64,000 nt of DNA from an uncultured virus (IMG/VR IMGVR_UViG_3300020603_000002) (lineage: Duplodnaviria; Heunggongvirae; Uroviricota; Caudoviricetes): IMG/VR virus record IMGVR_UViG_3300020603_000002, one strand, 5' to 3'. Shown here piece after piece: positions 27,167 through 35,924 of this stretch; the stretch's first letter is position 1, and each line of letters starts with the position of its first letter. The position numbers were made by a program, and so were the translations under genes. The notes beneath the pieces are model-generated. The model was not told the DNA's origin. It worked only from the letters and a program-made list of their open reading frames with translations, and searched no databases.

Positions 27167-28738
27167 TTATTGAGTTTTTCCATCATAAGTCATTAGCTTA
27201 TGTATTTTTAAAAATTCTTCCGTTAGTTTTTCAACTTGTTTTTCGTTAACCGATTCTTCGATTTTACTCAAAACAGATTGTGAGCTTTTTTTACCTCTTT
27301 TGGTTTTCAAAGATCCTATTTCAGTATCTTCACCAGCTTGATCAACGGGTTGTGGTTGTCTTTTGTAAGACGCGTCTGCCTGTTCTTGACCGTAAAGATT
27401 TTCTTCAAAGTTTTTAAAGAATTTGTCTCCTACGTTTGAAGGTACGACATTCCCTAAAGCGTTTCCATCTTCATCAACTTGAGCATTTCCTGTTGTACTA
27501 TGACCTTTCAAATATTTTTCAATATTCTTTTTATTTGGTTTGATTTCATCAAATCTTAAGTTAGTTAGACCTGGACGTGAAAAAGCATCATTATAATCAT
27601 CAACAGCATCCGATGGTGTATATTTTTTTCTGATACCTTTTTTCAGACCACCATTTTCAGTTGGGAATTTTTGAGTTTGTTTCATTTCCCATTTTGAATC
27701 TTTGTCCGAAACTCCTTTTAAATAGTTAGTTATTTTTTTTGCAACACTATTTAAATAATTATCATTTTCTTTTTTATCCGCTTTATGAGCTCTTTCATAT
27801 TCTTTATATCCCTTAGGTTCTTTGAATGAAAACTTTTTTTCTTCATTAACTAAATTTTCAATAAAACTTATTAATTCATTTTCGGAAAAAATTAAACTTT
27901 CGACACTCTTACTATTTGCGATTTGTTTTCTTTTTTCAGTGATATAGGATTCTTTTACAGGAAGTGTTTTTCCGTCGAATTTAAATGTTTTTTTACCTGC
28001 TAATTTGGCTTTGTTTACTTCATTTGCAAACTTATTCCCTTCTTCAACTTCTTTTTCGAACTTAACTTCATAAAGTGGTTCTTCATCTTGTTGTTTTCTT
28101 AACATTTTAAAATCTTCTTTATCAAGTCTACCATTTTTGTTTTTATCTAATCTATGTTGTTTACCATGAAGTTTTTCTGTTATTTCTTTATCGTCACTAT
28201 ATCTATATTTAGTTTTATATGATGGCATATCGTCAGGTAATGGTGCATCAAACCTAAAATCATCTTCATCTTCCTCATAATCGTAATCCGGTGATGGCGC
28301 ATTAAACCTGAAGTCATCTTCATCTTCCTCATAATCGTAATCCGGTGATGGCGCATTAAGCCTGAAGTCATCTTCATCGAAATCATCACCATATTCATAA
28401 CTCCTGTCTGACATAAGATCCGCTTTATCTCTTCTTGACATTTTAGCAAAGTTTTTATTACCAAATCTCGGGTGTCCATCATCCATACCTCCAAGTTCCA
28501 TAATTTCAACTCCTTCGTTGTTATATCCACACTCAGAACATTCACCTTCTTTTATTTCACCACCACATTCCTCACACATTGATTTTTCCTCTTGTACATA
28601 ATCGAAAGAACCACCCGCAGGATGAAACGGAGTTTTATCGTCATAATTCAATTTATTCAAAATTGAGTTTGCTTTTTCATTCAAACTTTCATTCAAAATT
28701 TTTTGAAATCTTGATTTAATATATTGGTGTGTATTCAT
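27167..28738 (-). CDS. large acidic/basic protein with CxxC pair, tandem repeats and EF-hand-like loop
   Basis: CEECG..CSECG; 18-aa repeats; DKNKNGRLDKED; late motif at 28753. Confidence 0.8.
   Translation of the reverse strand: MNTHQYIKSRFQKILNESLNEKANSILNKLNYDDKTPFHPAGGSFDYVQEEKSMCEECGGEIKEGECSECGYNNEGVEIMELGGMDDGHPRFGNKNFAKMSRRDKADLMSDRSYEYGDDFDEDDFRLNAPSPDYDYEEDEDDFRFNAPSPDYDYEEDEDDFRFDAPLPDDMPSYKTKYRYSDDKEITEKLHGKQHRLDKNKNGRLDKEDFKMLRKQQDEEPLYEVKFEKEVEEGNKFANEVNKAKLAGKKTFKFDGKTLPVKESYITEKRKQIANSKSVESLIFSENELISFIENLVNEEKKFSFKEPKGYKEYERAHKADKKENDNYLNSVAKKITNYLKGVSDKDSKWEMKQTQKFPTENGGLKKGIRKKYTPSDAVDDYNDAFSRPGLTNLRFDEIKPNKKNIEKYLKGHSTTGNAQVDEDGNALGNVVPSNVGDKFFKNFEENLYGQEQADASYKRQPQPVDQAGEDTEIGSLKTKRGKKSSQSVLSKIEESVNEKQVEKLTEEFLKIHKLMTYDGKTQ
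28260..28377. repeat. 54-bp in-frame tandem repeat (2 near-perfect copies plus partial flanks)
   Basis: Units 28260-28313 and 28314-28367 differ at one base; encodes FRxNAPSPDYDYEEDEDD. Confidence 0.9.
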
Positions 28739-28769
28739 TTTTTATTTTTCTTTATAAATATCTTTATTT

Positions 28770-29507
28770 TTATCTTTTTTTGATTTGTTCAAAAACAATT
28801 TTCGAAATAAAGTTTTTATCAATCCCATAATTACTCGAGACACTGTCAATTGCGTTTTGGACAGACTCGTTTTCAAATATTCTAAGGGCCTTTATATCTC
28901 CTTGATTACAATATGGGAATTTTTTACACTGTTTTTTAACTTGAACTCTTTTTGCACCGGGCATATACTTTGTTGAGGCGCCTTTCCAATGTTTTTTACT
29001 CATAGATTTTGCCCAAATAGCCGGTTGATTATATTGACCCGATGAAGATGAGGTTGTGGCCTCTTTAGTTTCTATTTTCTGCTCTTTTCGTTCTCTAACT
29101 GTTTTAACTAAATCTCCTTTAGTAATTGTTTTTTCTGGTCCCGATGAGAGAAATGGCATTGTATAGCCACCTCCTGAAGCGGTGTCAGTGGCTTCTTTGT
29201 TTTCTTCTTTTTTCTTAGCTTTGTTTAAATTTAAAATCGATTCTAAGAATTGTTTTAAGTCATCAGGATCTTTTAAATATTCTTTTATTTTTTTTCTTAT
29301 TTCGTTATTTGACATTTTTTTGTTCCTTACTAAACTATAAATTGTTTTCAAATCTTCTTTGTTTTTCAGGTAATTTAGAAAATGATTTTCTTCATTTAAT
29401 TCAGATGCGGTTTTATTTATCACTTTAATCGCGTCGAGTTTTGCATCTATATTACTACTTAATCCTTCACCTACTTTTTTTTTAAGATCACTTAAATAAT
29501 TTTCCAC
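28770..29507 (-). CDS. hypothetical protein
   Basis: 245 aa; duplicated KEAT...SG.Y..P motif; CKKFPYCNQG. Confidence 0.75.
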   Translation of the reverse strand: MENYLSDLKKKVGEGLSSNIDAKLDAIKVINKTASELNEENHFLNYLKNKEDLKTIYSLVRNKKMSNNEIRKKIKEYLKDPDDLKQFLESILNLNKAKKKEENKEATDTASGGGYTMPFLSSGPEKTITKGDLVKTVRERKEQKIETKEATTSSSSGQYNQPAIWAKSMSKKHWKGASTKYMPGAKRVQVKKQCKKFPYCNQGDIKALRIFENESVQNAIDSVSSNYGIDKNFISKIVFEQIKKR

Positions 29508-29752
29508 TATGCGTTTCTAAATTTAGACTCCCAAAAATATCTTTGTTGATACATTGTTGCGAAATATTCTTGGAAAGATTTTATTACTATTTCTTTAACA
29601 TTTTTTTTTAATTCTCCCTTTTCAATTTCTTTTGAAATTTTATTGATAAGTTTTTCCTCAAATTGTTTGGCAGTGTTAGAATCGAAAAAGTCTTTTATTT
29701 CTTTTCTCATCATAATTTCCAATTCTTTTTTTTCTGAGGAAGTAAGTGCCAT
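29507..29752 (-). CDS. hypothetical protein
   Basis: 81 aa, coupled to its neighbours. Confidence 0.65.
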   Translation of the reverse strand: MALTSSEKKELEIMMRKEIKDFFDSNTAKQFEEKLINKISKEIEKGELKKNVKEIVIKSFQEYFATMYQQRYFWESKFRNA

Positions 29753-30174
29753 TATTTTGAAATCAAAGCATACGTTAATGGTGCTATTATAATACCCGCT
29801 ATAATATTAAATAGTGTATTTTTAGTTTTGAGTCTTTTATTTTCTTTAGCCAGGTTTATATTTTCTTCTTTATATATTTTAACACTTTTTTGTTTTTCAG
29901 AAATAATTTCTTTATTGAGTTTGTTTTCTTCTTTCCAAAACTCGGTTTCTTTTTTTTGAAGAATTATTTTGCCATTCAGTTCATGAATTTCATTTTCATA
30001 TGTTAAAACAATTTCTTTTAACTTATCGTATTCATTGAGGTCCAAAAGTATTTGTTGGACAACATTATAAGGAATACACATTTTGGTGGTATCCACAATA
30101 GGTTTTTGAGGGACTTGTGAGTTTAAGTTTATAACTGTAAAAAATAAAGTTAAAATTAATATTATGTTTTTCAT
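29752..30174 (-). CDS. signal peptide + coiled coil + C-terminal hydrophobic segment (spanin-like candidate)
   Basis: N-terminal hydrophobic segment, heptads, C-terminal IIAGIIIAPL; near the amidase. Confidence 0.5.
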   Translation of the reverse strand: MKNIILILTLFFTVINLNSQVPQKPIVDTTKMCIPYNVVQQILLDLNEYDKLKEIVLTYENEIHELNGKIILQKKETEFWKEENKLNKEIISEKQKSVKIYKEENINLAKENKRLKTKNTLFNIIAGIIIAPLTYALISK

Positions 30175-30178
30175 TTTT

Positions 30179-30532
30179 TTAAAATTTGTATCTGTTTCTT
30201 AGTAAACTATCAATTTTTTTTTCATCCGCATTTTTAATTTCGTTTTCCTTGACAGTATAGTAGTTTTTTATTTCGTTTCTTTGGATTTTGATTTTGGATA
30301 TTTTTTTATCAATTTTTTTTATTTCAGATTGGTAAAAAGTTATAGAATCTTGTATTTGAGATTGTTTTTTTTGTATTTCTTTGATTCGGGTTTCTATTTG
30401 TTCTAGTTTATATTTATTTAATTCAGTTACGGTTTTAACAGGTGTAAAAACTTTCATAAGTAAATATGATAGAACTATACCTAATATTATTAGTATTATG
30501 TTTTTCCAATTATATGTAAAAAATTTTTTCAT
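30179..30532 (-). CDS. membrane-anchored coiled-coil protein (i-spanin-like candidate)
   Basis: N-terminal TM helix followed by a long coiled coil. Confidence 0.5.
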   Translation of the reverse strand: MKKFFTYNWKNIILIILGIVLSYLLMKVFTPVKTVTELNKYKLEQIETRIKEIQKKQSQIQDSITFYQSEIKKIDKKISKIKIQRNEIKNYYTVKENEIKNADEKKIDSLLRNRYKF

Positions 30533-31116
30533 TTTTTGGTATCTTCTTGTCTTGAAGCAACAATTTTACTCCATTTATTTTTAAATTTTTGGTAATAAGA
30601 TTGTAACTTTGATATAGTTAATAAATGATTTTGATCAATTTTTATCATTTGACCATTTATATAAATTCCGTCGGATTCATTTACTGTATAAAAAAATTCC
30701 AAATTACTTTCTAATAATTTTCCTGTCCATTCTACGTTTTCACTGAAAACATTTAATTTACCAAATTCAACAAGTTCTGCAACATCCGTTCTAAACTCAT
30801 CCACGCTAGAAGTAAAAGCATTTTTCTCGTCTGTTGTAATTTGTAAGTCAGCCTCTTTTTTTCCGTGGAAAACTATCAGATTACCCAAAATTCTGTATGT
30901 TTTTTGTTTATCTTTTTTTATCCCAATTTCGTCAGAATCTTTTTTTTCTTTATTGGATAAAGATCCGTCTGAATCTTCGATTTTATCTTTTTCTAAAATT
31001 GCCTCACTTAAAATACCATATTTTTTTTTGATATTACTTACATCTTCGTTGAGTTCTTTATTAAGAATTACTTTGGATCTCTTGATTAAACTCTTTATTT
31101 CTTCAAAATTATTCAT
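30529..31116 (-). CDS. hypothetical protein
   Basis: 195 aa ORF. Confidence 0.7.
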   Translation of the reverse strand: MNNFEEIKSLIKRSKVILNKELNEDVSNIKKKYGILSEAILEKDKIEDSDGSLSNKEKKDSDEIGIKKDKQKTYRILGNLIVFHGKKEADLQITTDEKNAFTSSVDEFRTDVAELVEFGKLNVFSENVEWTGKLLESNLEFFYTVNESDGIYINGQMIKIDQNHLLTISKLQSYYQKFKNKWSKIVASRQEDTKK

Positions 31117-31702
31117 TTTCTAATAGTTTTTTAAATTTTTCAAAATTAAATGCCGGACTCAAATCCGTCGCAAATTCATCGAAGTTCGATCTACTAAATA
31201 TACCATTATAAGACTCAATACCTCTAATTTTTGTATTATGTCCTATAAAGTTTTTCGAAAAATTATATTTTTTTGTTAAATTAATACACAATTCAGCTGT
31301 TTTATTTATTTGAATTTCAGTGTACGGATGCCAAAAAAAATAATCTCTCCATTTACGATCATAAACTTTTTCTTTATAAATATTACCAATCCAGTTAATG
31401 TGATAATGTTTTAATGGTTCTTTTTTTAGCCAACCTAAATTTTCTAAACAAACAAATATTGATTTTGAATTAATTTTATCATTATTAGAAAAATTTCCGT
31501 TCAAATAATCATTAATTAATTTAATAATTTTACCTTCTCTTGAGATAATATAATGTGGTAATTTGATTGGTTTACCACCAAATCTAAATTTTATAGAAAT
31601 CATATAATCAAGAAGAGTTCTAGAGGTGTGACATAAAACTATTTGATTTTTTTTGTCTTCTTTTTTAAAATTTGTTTGGATTAAATTTTCTATTATTTCC
31701 AT
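31109..31702 (-). CDS. N-acetylmuramoyl-L-alanine amidase-like (Amidase_2 fold), possibly degenerate
   Basis: IVLCHT, PHYIISREGKI, N.KSIFVCLEN, YTEIQ, IGH, DLSP. Confidence 0.7.
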   Translation of the reverse strand: MEIIENLIQTNFKKEDKKNQIVLCHTSRTLLDYMISIKFRFGGKPIKLPHYIISREGKIIKLINDYLNGNFSNNDKINSKSIFVCLENLGWLKKEPLKHYHINWIGNIYKEKVYDRKWRDYFFWHPYTEIQINKTAELCINLTKKYNFSKNFIGHNTKIRGIESYNGIFSRSNFDEFATDLSPAFNFEKFKKLLENE

Positions 31703-31705
31703 AGA

Positions 31706-32962
31706 TTATTTATGATATTTTAAAACTCTCTTTTTAGTCTCCTCTAACTTTTTATTAAATAATCCTTCCTCCAATTTGTTTCCTTGGTCATCGAATATTT
31801 GACCGTTATCATTTACATAGTATTTAAAAGGAACCTCAACTTCTTTTATTACTTCTACAGGAACCTCTCTAACTATTTCAACTAATTTATCCACAGGAAC
31901 TTCAACAATCTTTTCAACTTCCCTAATCACCTCCACAGGAACTTCAACAATCTTTTCAACTTCCCTAATCACCTCCACAGGAACTTCAACAATCTTTTCA
32001 ACTTCCCTAATCACCTCCACAGGAACTTCAACAATCTTTTCATTTATTTGTGTCTCTTGTTGTTTTTGCGTTTCGGAACTGAATTTTGATATATCATCTA
32101 TTAGATAAAAAAAATTTTCAGGTACTTCGATATCTTCGTATTCTTTTTCTTCTTCTTTTCTTCTTCTATAATTTTTGAATGCTTGGTTTGTTGCAATAAC
32201 CAAAGCAATTGCTAGAGGATCAAAAACAAAAATTAAAGTTAGAATGAAAAAGTTTGCGGTTTTTTTTATATCCCATCCAGTTATTTCACTTAAATATTTT
32301 ATTGCTCCCAATTCACCTGTTTCAATTTCCTTTGATGTTATATCTAAAATGAGAATGTCTAAGTTCGTAATACTATCATTTATTGCGTCAATTTTAGACG
32401 AAAGTGTGTCTTTACTTTGTTGTGCAATTTTTAATTGTTTTTCAAACGCTTTTCTGTTTCCAGCATTCGCTTTTGTAATTACTTGTCCTGATTTTCTATC
32501 AATCGTTTGTGTTGTTGTGTTTGTTGAGAGGGCATTTCTTAAATTGGTAATATCTGCATTCAGAACTTTTTTTTCTTTTTGGTGTTCTTCTTTTATTTTT
32601 TCAAATCTTTCTTTCTTTACCTCAATATTATTAATTTTTTTGTTACTAATTTCGAGTCCTGAAATACTTTTTTGAAACCCTGTTGCTAACAAACCATATA
32701 TACCAATTGAGGTCAAAATTGATAATACCAAAATGGCGATTGTTAAATAAATCTTTAAAATACCGTATGTTTTTTTCCAACTATCGTGAAGATAAGTTGC
32801 GATTGCAATTTTAGAAACTTCCAAAAAAGAACCCATAATAATAACAGGAATTGCAACGCCCGAGAAAATAATGGAGAGTCCGTAAACACTATAATATGCC
32901 GCTGTAGATGAAAGTCCAAGAGCACAAAATAGTAATAACCATGATAATAATTTATTATTCAT
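31706..32962 (-). CDS. multi-TM coiled-coil membrane protein with EKIVEVP repeats
   Basis: Three N-terminal TMs, coiled coil, LIFVFDPLA TM, repeat tail. Confidence 0.8.
   Translation of the reverse strand: MNNKLLSWLLLFCALGLSSTAAYYSVYGLSIIFSGVAIPVIIMGSFLEVSKIAIATYLHDSWKKTYGILKIYLTIAILVLSILTSIGIYGLLATGFQKSISGLEISNKKINNIEVKKERFEKIKEEHQKEKKVLNADITNLRNALSTNTTTQTIDRKSGQVITKANAGNRKAFEKQLKIAQQSKDTLSSKIDAINDSITNLDILILDITSKEIETGELGAIKYLSEITGWDIKKTANFFILTLIFVFDPLAIALVIATNQAFKNYRRRKEEEKEYEDIEVPENFFYLIDDISKFSSETQKQQETQINEKIVEVPVEVIREVEKIVEVPVEVIREVEKIVEVPVEVIREVEKIVEVPVDKLVEIVREVPVEVIKEVEVPFKYYVNDNGQIFDDQGNKLEEGLFNKKLEETKKRVLKYHK
31890..32042. repeat. 42-bp perfect tandem repeat, about 3.6 copies
   Basis: Unit TCCACAGGAACTTCAACAATCTTTTCAACTTCCCTAATCACC; encodes EKIVEVPVEVIREV. 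Confidence 0.95.
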
Positions 32963-33007
32963 TTTGTTTTTTTTTTATAAATATTAAATTTAAAGTATTT
33001 GAAATAT

Positions 33008-33034
33008 AAAAAAGGGTGGAATAAAATCCACCCT
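33008..33034 (-). terminator. intrinsic terminator
   Basis: AGGGTGGA..TCCACCCT hairpin followed by a T-run on the minus strand. Confidence 0.75.
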
Positions 33035-33200
33035 AATTGGTTTCATATCAAGAAATTGGTCATACATTTGTATGAGTATGGATAAGACGGTGATCACCAC
33101 ATTTCTGCGTATTTAGCAAATGTCCCTATTTTTTAATCATCATAACCCTACCTAAACAGGGTTATGAAAATTTTTTAATGGAAAGTCACAAAACCAATTA
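33034..33200 (-). ncRNA. candidate structured non-coding RNA
   Basis: 10-bp closing stem (33034-43 with 33191-200) enclosing several hairpins; no ORF in the track; ends at a terminator. Confidence 0.5.
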
Positions 33201-33252
33201 TCTAACTCGTCACTAAAAAAATAATTCTTTTTTTGAATCACCAAAAATTATT

Positions 33253-34053
33253 TTATAAATAATCAAATAATTCTGTAGAATCGTTTCTTAGTCGACGAAT
33301 AGCCTTTTCTTTAATCTGACGAACTCTTTCTTTTGTTAAACCAAAATCACTTCCAATATCTTCTAAAGTTCGTGGTGTTCCCGTCAAACCAAAATAATCA
33401 CAAACAATAACTTTTTCGCGAGTGTCTAAAACATCTAAAAGAGTCATCAACTTATCTTTAAGAATATCTTGGGTATTAAAAAATGCGTCAGGCAAAACGG
33501 CATTTTTATTTTCAATCATATCTAACAAAGTATCACCTTCTTCATTGATATTCATGTCAAGATCGATTATTGAAGGTAATGTTGAAAACTTGTCCTCAAG
33601 TTTTTTTCCTGACTGCTCAACCTCTTTTTTTGCCTTTTGTAGATCCTGCACCACATTGACCGGTAGTCGAATGGTTCTTGCGTTGTCATTTAAAGACTGA
33701 ATGATCGATTGTTTAATCCACCACACACCATAAGATATAAAACGGAGATCTTTTTCCCAATCAAAGTTTTTAATTGCCTTCATAAGTCCTAAATTTCCTT
33801 CAGCAATCAAATCAGACAAATCAAGTCCTTGATTTTGATATTGTTTTGCTACCGTAATTACAAAACGAAGATTTCCTTCAATGATCTCTTGCTCAATTCG
33901 TCTTCGTTCATAAGTTGGTGTTTCTTCTGACTTCATTTTTTTTGCCAACTCTTTTTCTCTTTCTACAGTCATTACCTTAATTTTTCGAATATCCTTTAGG
34001 TAATGTTGTATTTCCTCTTGATTTATATGTGCTCCCGTGTTTTTGTCTTTCAT
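33253..34053 (-). CDS. RNA polymerase sigma-70 family factor
   Basis: YLKDI, NLRFVITVAKQY, DLIAEGNLGL, RFISYGVWWIKQSI, IRLP, TLEDIG..FGLTKERVRQI. Confidence 0.95.
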   Translation of the reverse strand: MKDKNTGAHINQEEIQHYLKDIRKIKVMTVEREKELAKKMKSEETPTYERRRIEQEIIEGNLRFVITVAKQYQNQGLDLSDLIAEGNLGLMKAIKNFDWEKDLRFISYGVWWIKQSIIQSLNDNARTIRLPVNVVQDLQKAKKEVEQSGKKLEDKFSTLPSIIDLDMNINEEGDTLLDMIENKNAVLPDAFFNTQDILKDKLMTLLDVLDTREKVIVCDYFGLTGTPRTLEDIGSDFGLTKERVRQIKEKAIRRLRNDSTELFDYL

Positions 34054-34062
34054 ATATTATAA

Positions 34063-34590
34063 TTAGATTGATTTTGAGTACTCTTGTAATTTTTGTTTTT
34101 CTATTTCTGTAAGTGACTCCATACCTTGAAAGCTAATCTTATCAAGTAACTCGTCAAGTGTCATGTTACAAACCTGTGGTTTTTTTATTTTCATAATGAG
34201 ATCTGATAAGTCCAAAAAAATTTCGCCATCTTTTGATGCTTTGAATTCATAATTGATTTTTGGGGGTGTTGGTTTGTTTTTTGATTTGGTTTTCTTTAAC
34301 GACAACAAGTGCTCAAGGTTGTCTTTTGGCATGTTGGACGCTGAACTTCTTGGTTTGGGTGTTAGAAAATATTCAAAACAATTAAGTTCGTCGTTGATAA
34401 TATTGATCCATCCTGCCATTTCATCGATTGTCATGTCTGATGCGAAGTGAAATATTGCGTGTTTGTCTCCAAACATAAATTTCGCTTCCTTGGATGTCAT
34501 TTGTTCTGCAATTCTACTTGCAATTTCATTTGTGGATATTTCTGAGTTTTCAACTGTGTTGTCGTAATAAACAAAAAGTAAGTAATTCAT
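34063..34590 (-). CDS. hypothetical protein with C-terminal DUF6576-like helical domain
   Basis: LDELLDKISFQGMESLTEIEKQKL. Confidence 0.65.
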   Translation of the reverse strand: MNYLLFVYYDNTVENSEISTNEIASRIAEQMTSKEAKFMFGDKHAIFHFASDMTIDEMAGWINIINDELNCFEYFLTPKPRSSASNMPKDNLEHLLSLKKTKSKNKPTPPKINYEFKASKDGEIFLDLSDLIMKIKKPQVCNMTLDELLDKISFQGMESLTEIEKQKLQEYSKSI

Positions 34591-34641
34591 GTGTTGTTTT
34601 TAAAATGTTCTACAAATATACTAATAAAATTGGGATTTGTT

Positions 34642-35460
34642 CTAATTTTTCACCCTTTCAAGACAAATATTAAAATATTGCTCAGATATTTCAGATCCTA
34701 TATAATTTCTTTGTGTTTCTATTGCACCTTTTGCTGTTGTACCACTACCCATAAATGGGTCAAAGACAACATCATTTGGGTTTGTCCAACTTATTATATG
34801 GTCCTTTACAAGTTGTATTGGGAATATTGCTGGATGTTGGTACGCAATCTCATCTTCTTGACCATTTTTTGATGTTTTATATGTCCAAACATTATATCTT
34901 TGACCATATTCTTCTATGACTTTCTTTTTCCTCTCAACCATAGTCCCATCAACTTGTCTTGATGTATTTTTACCCCAACTTCCAACTTGGCCTCCATACA
35001 CATTTTTTCTATCTTTAATTGAATTAAATGTTTTCGGTTTACCTTTTGAAAAAACGAACATATATTCGAATATTTGATGGTAACGATTTGAGGACGGATT
35101 CGAAAAATTATTCTTCATGTAGATCATAGTGTCGTGAATATTAAATCCAAGTTCTTTAAAGAATAAGGCTTGTCTAAAAGATGTTCCAGTTTCACTTCCT
35201 TTTTCCGTCCCATCACCTACAACCCAAACAACAACACCACCAGGTTTTGTTACCCTATAAAGTTCTTTGGCAATATTTTCAAAATCGAAAGAATATCCAT
35301 TAAATTCAGTTTTCTTTCCTGTAATATGATTATTGTATGTTCTTAAGTCATCATATGGGGGGGAAGTGACTGTCAAATCAATATTATTATCGGGTATTTT
35401 AGACAATGTTTCTAAACAATTTTCATTGTATATCTTATTTATTTCTATCATATTTTTCAA
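34642..35460 (-). CDS. DNA methyltransferase, beta class (SPPY; probably N4-C)
   Basis: TSPPY, HPAIFP, DPFMGSGTT. Confidence 0.9.
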   Translation of the reverse strand: MKNMIEINKIYNENCLETLSKIPDNNIDLTVTSPPYDDLRTYNNHITGKKTEFNGYSFDFENIAKELYRVTKPGGVVVWVVGDGTEKGSETGTSFRQALFFKELGFNIHDTMIYMKNNFSNPSSNRYHQIFEYMFVFSKGKPKTFNSIKDRKNVYGGQVGSWGKNTSRQVDGTMVERKKKVIEEYGQRYNVWTYKTSKNGQEDEIAYQHPAIFPIQLVKDHIISWTNPNDVVFDPFMGSGTTAKGAIETQRNYIGSEISEQYFNICLERVKN

Positions 35461-35896
35461 AAAATTTTTTGGAGGAAATTGATTTATTTTTACCCAATGG
35501 TAATTTCATAATATCCTCTTTAGTTAATTCAATTGTATTAATTATTCCTTCTTCAATTAATCTCTTATCTATAAGTACAAACTGATCCACAGAAAGTAAT
35601 TTTTCTGAGAATCCTTTTTCAGTGACTTTTCTACCAAAACCAACTTCTTTAGATGACGCAAAACTAACTTTGTCAGTTATAGTTCTTATCTCACTTTTAC
35701 TGTTGTTTTTTTCTTTAACATCAAAAGATGAATTTTCTTTTTCTCTAACACCATTATTAGAATTTTGATGTAAAAATTCTCCAATTCTACCTAACATTCT
35801 TCCATCGTTAAACATTTCAATAGTTTTATCTATTGGTAAACCAAATCCTTGAGCAATCATTACCCAATTCAAATTATATGTGTTCATTCCCCTCAT
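35435..35896 (-). CDS. putative small PD-(D/E)xK-type nuclease
   Basis: GE...FDV....SEIR motif; overlaps the methyltransferase start. Confidence 0.4.
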   Translation of the reverse strand: MRGMNTYNLNWVMIAQGFGLPIDKTIEMFNDGRMLGRIGEFLHQNSNNGVREKENSSFDVKEKNNSKSEIRTITDKVSFASSKEVGFGRKVTEKGFSEKLLSVDQFVLIDKRLIEEGIINTIELTKEDIMKLPLGKNKSISSKKFFEKYDRNK

Positions 35897-35924
35897 AAAA
35901 CAAAACTACAAATAATATTTCAAA

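Noticed and set aside
28260..28377. 54-bp repeats as a CRISPR array or DGR template/variable pair
   Set aside because: Adjacent coding tandem duplication; no spacers and no reverse transcriptase in the window
31890..32042. 42-bp repeats as a CRISPR array
   Set aside because: Head-to-tail with no spacers, in frame within a CDS, and no cas genes
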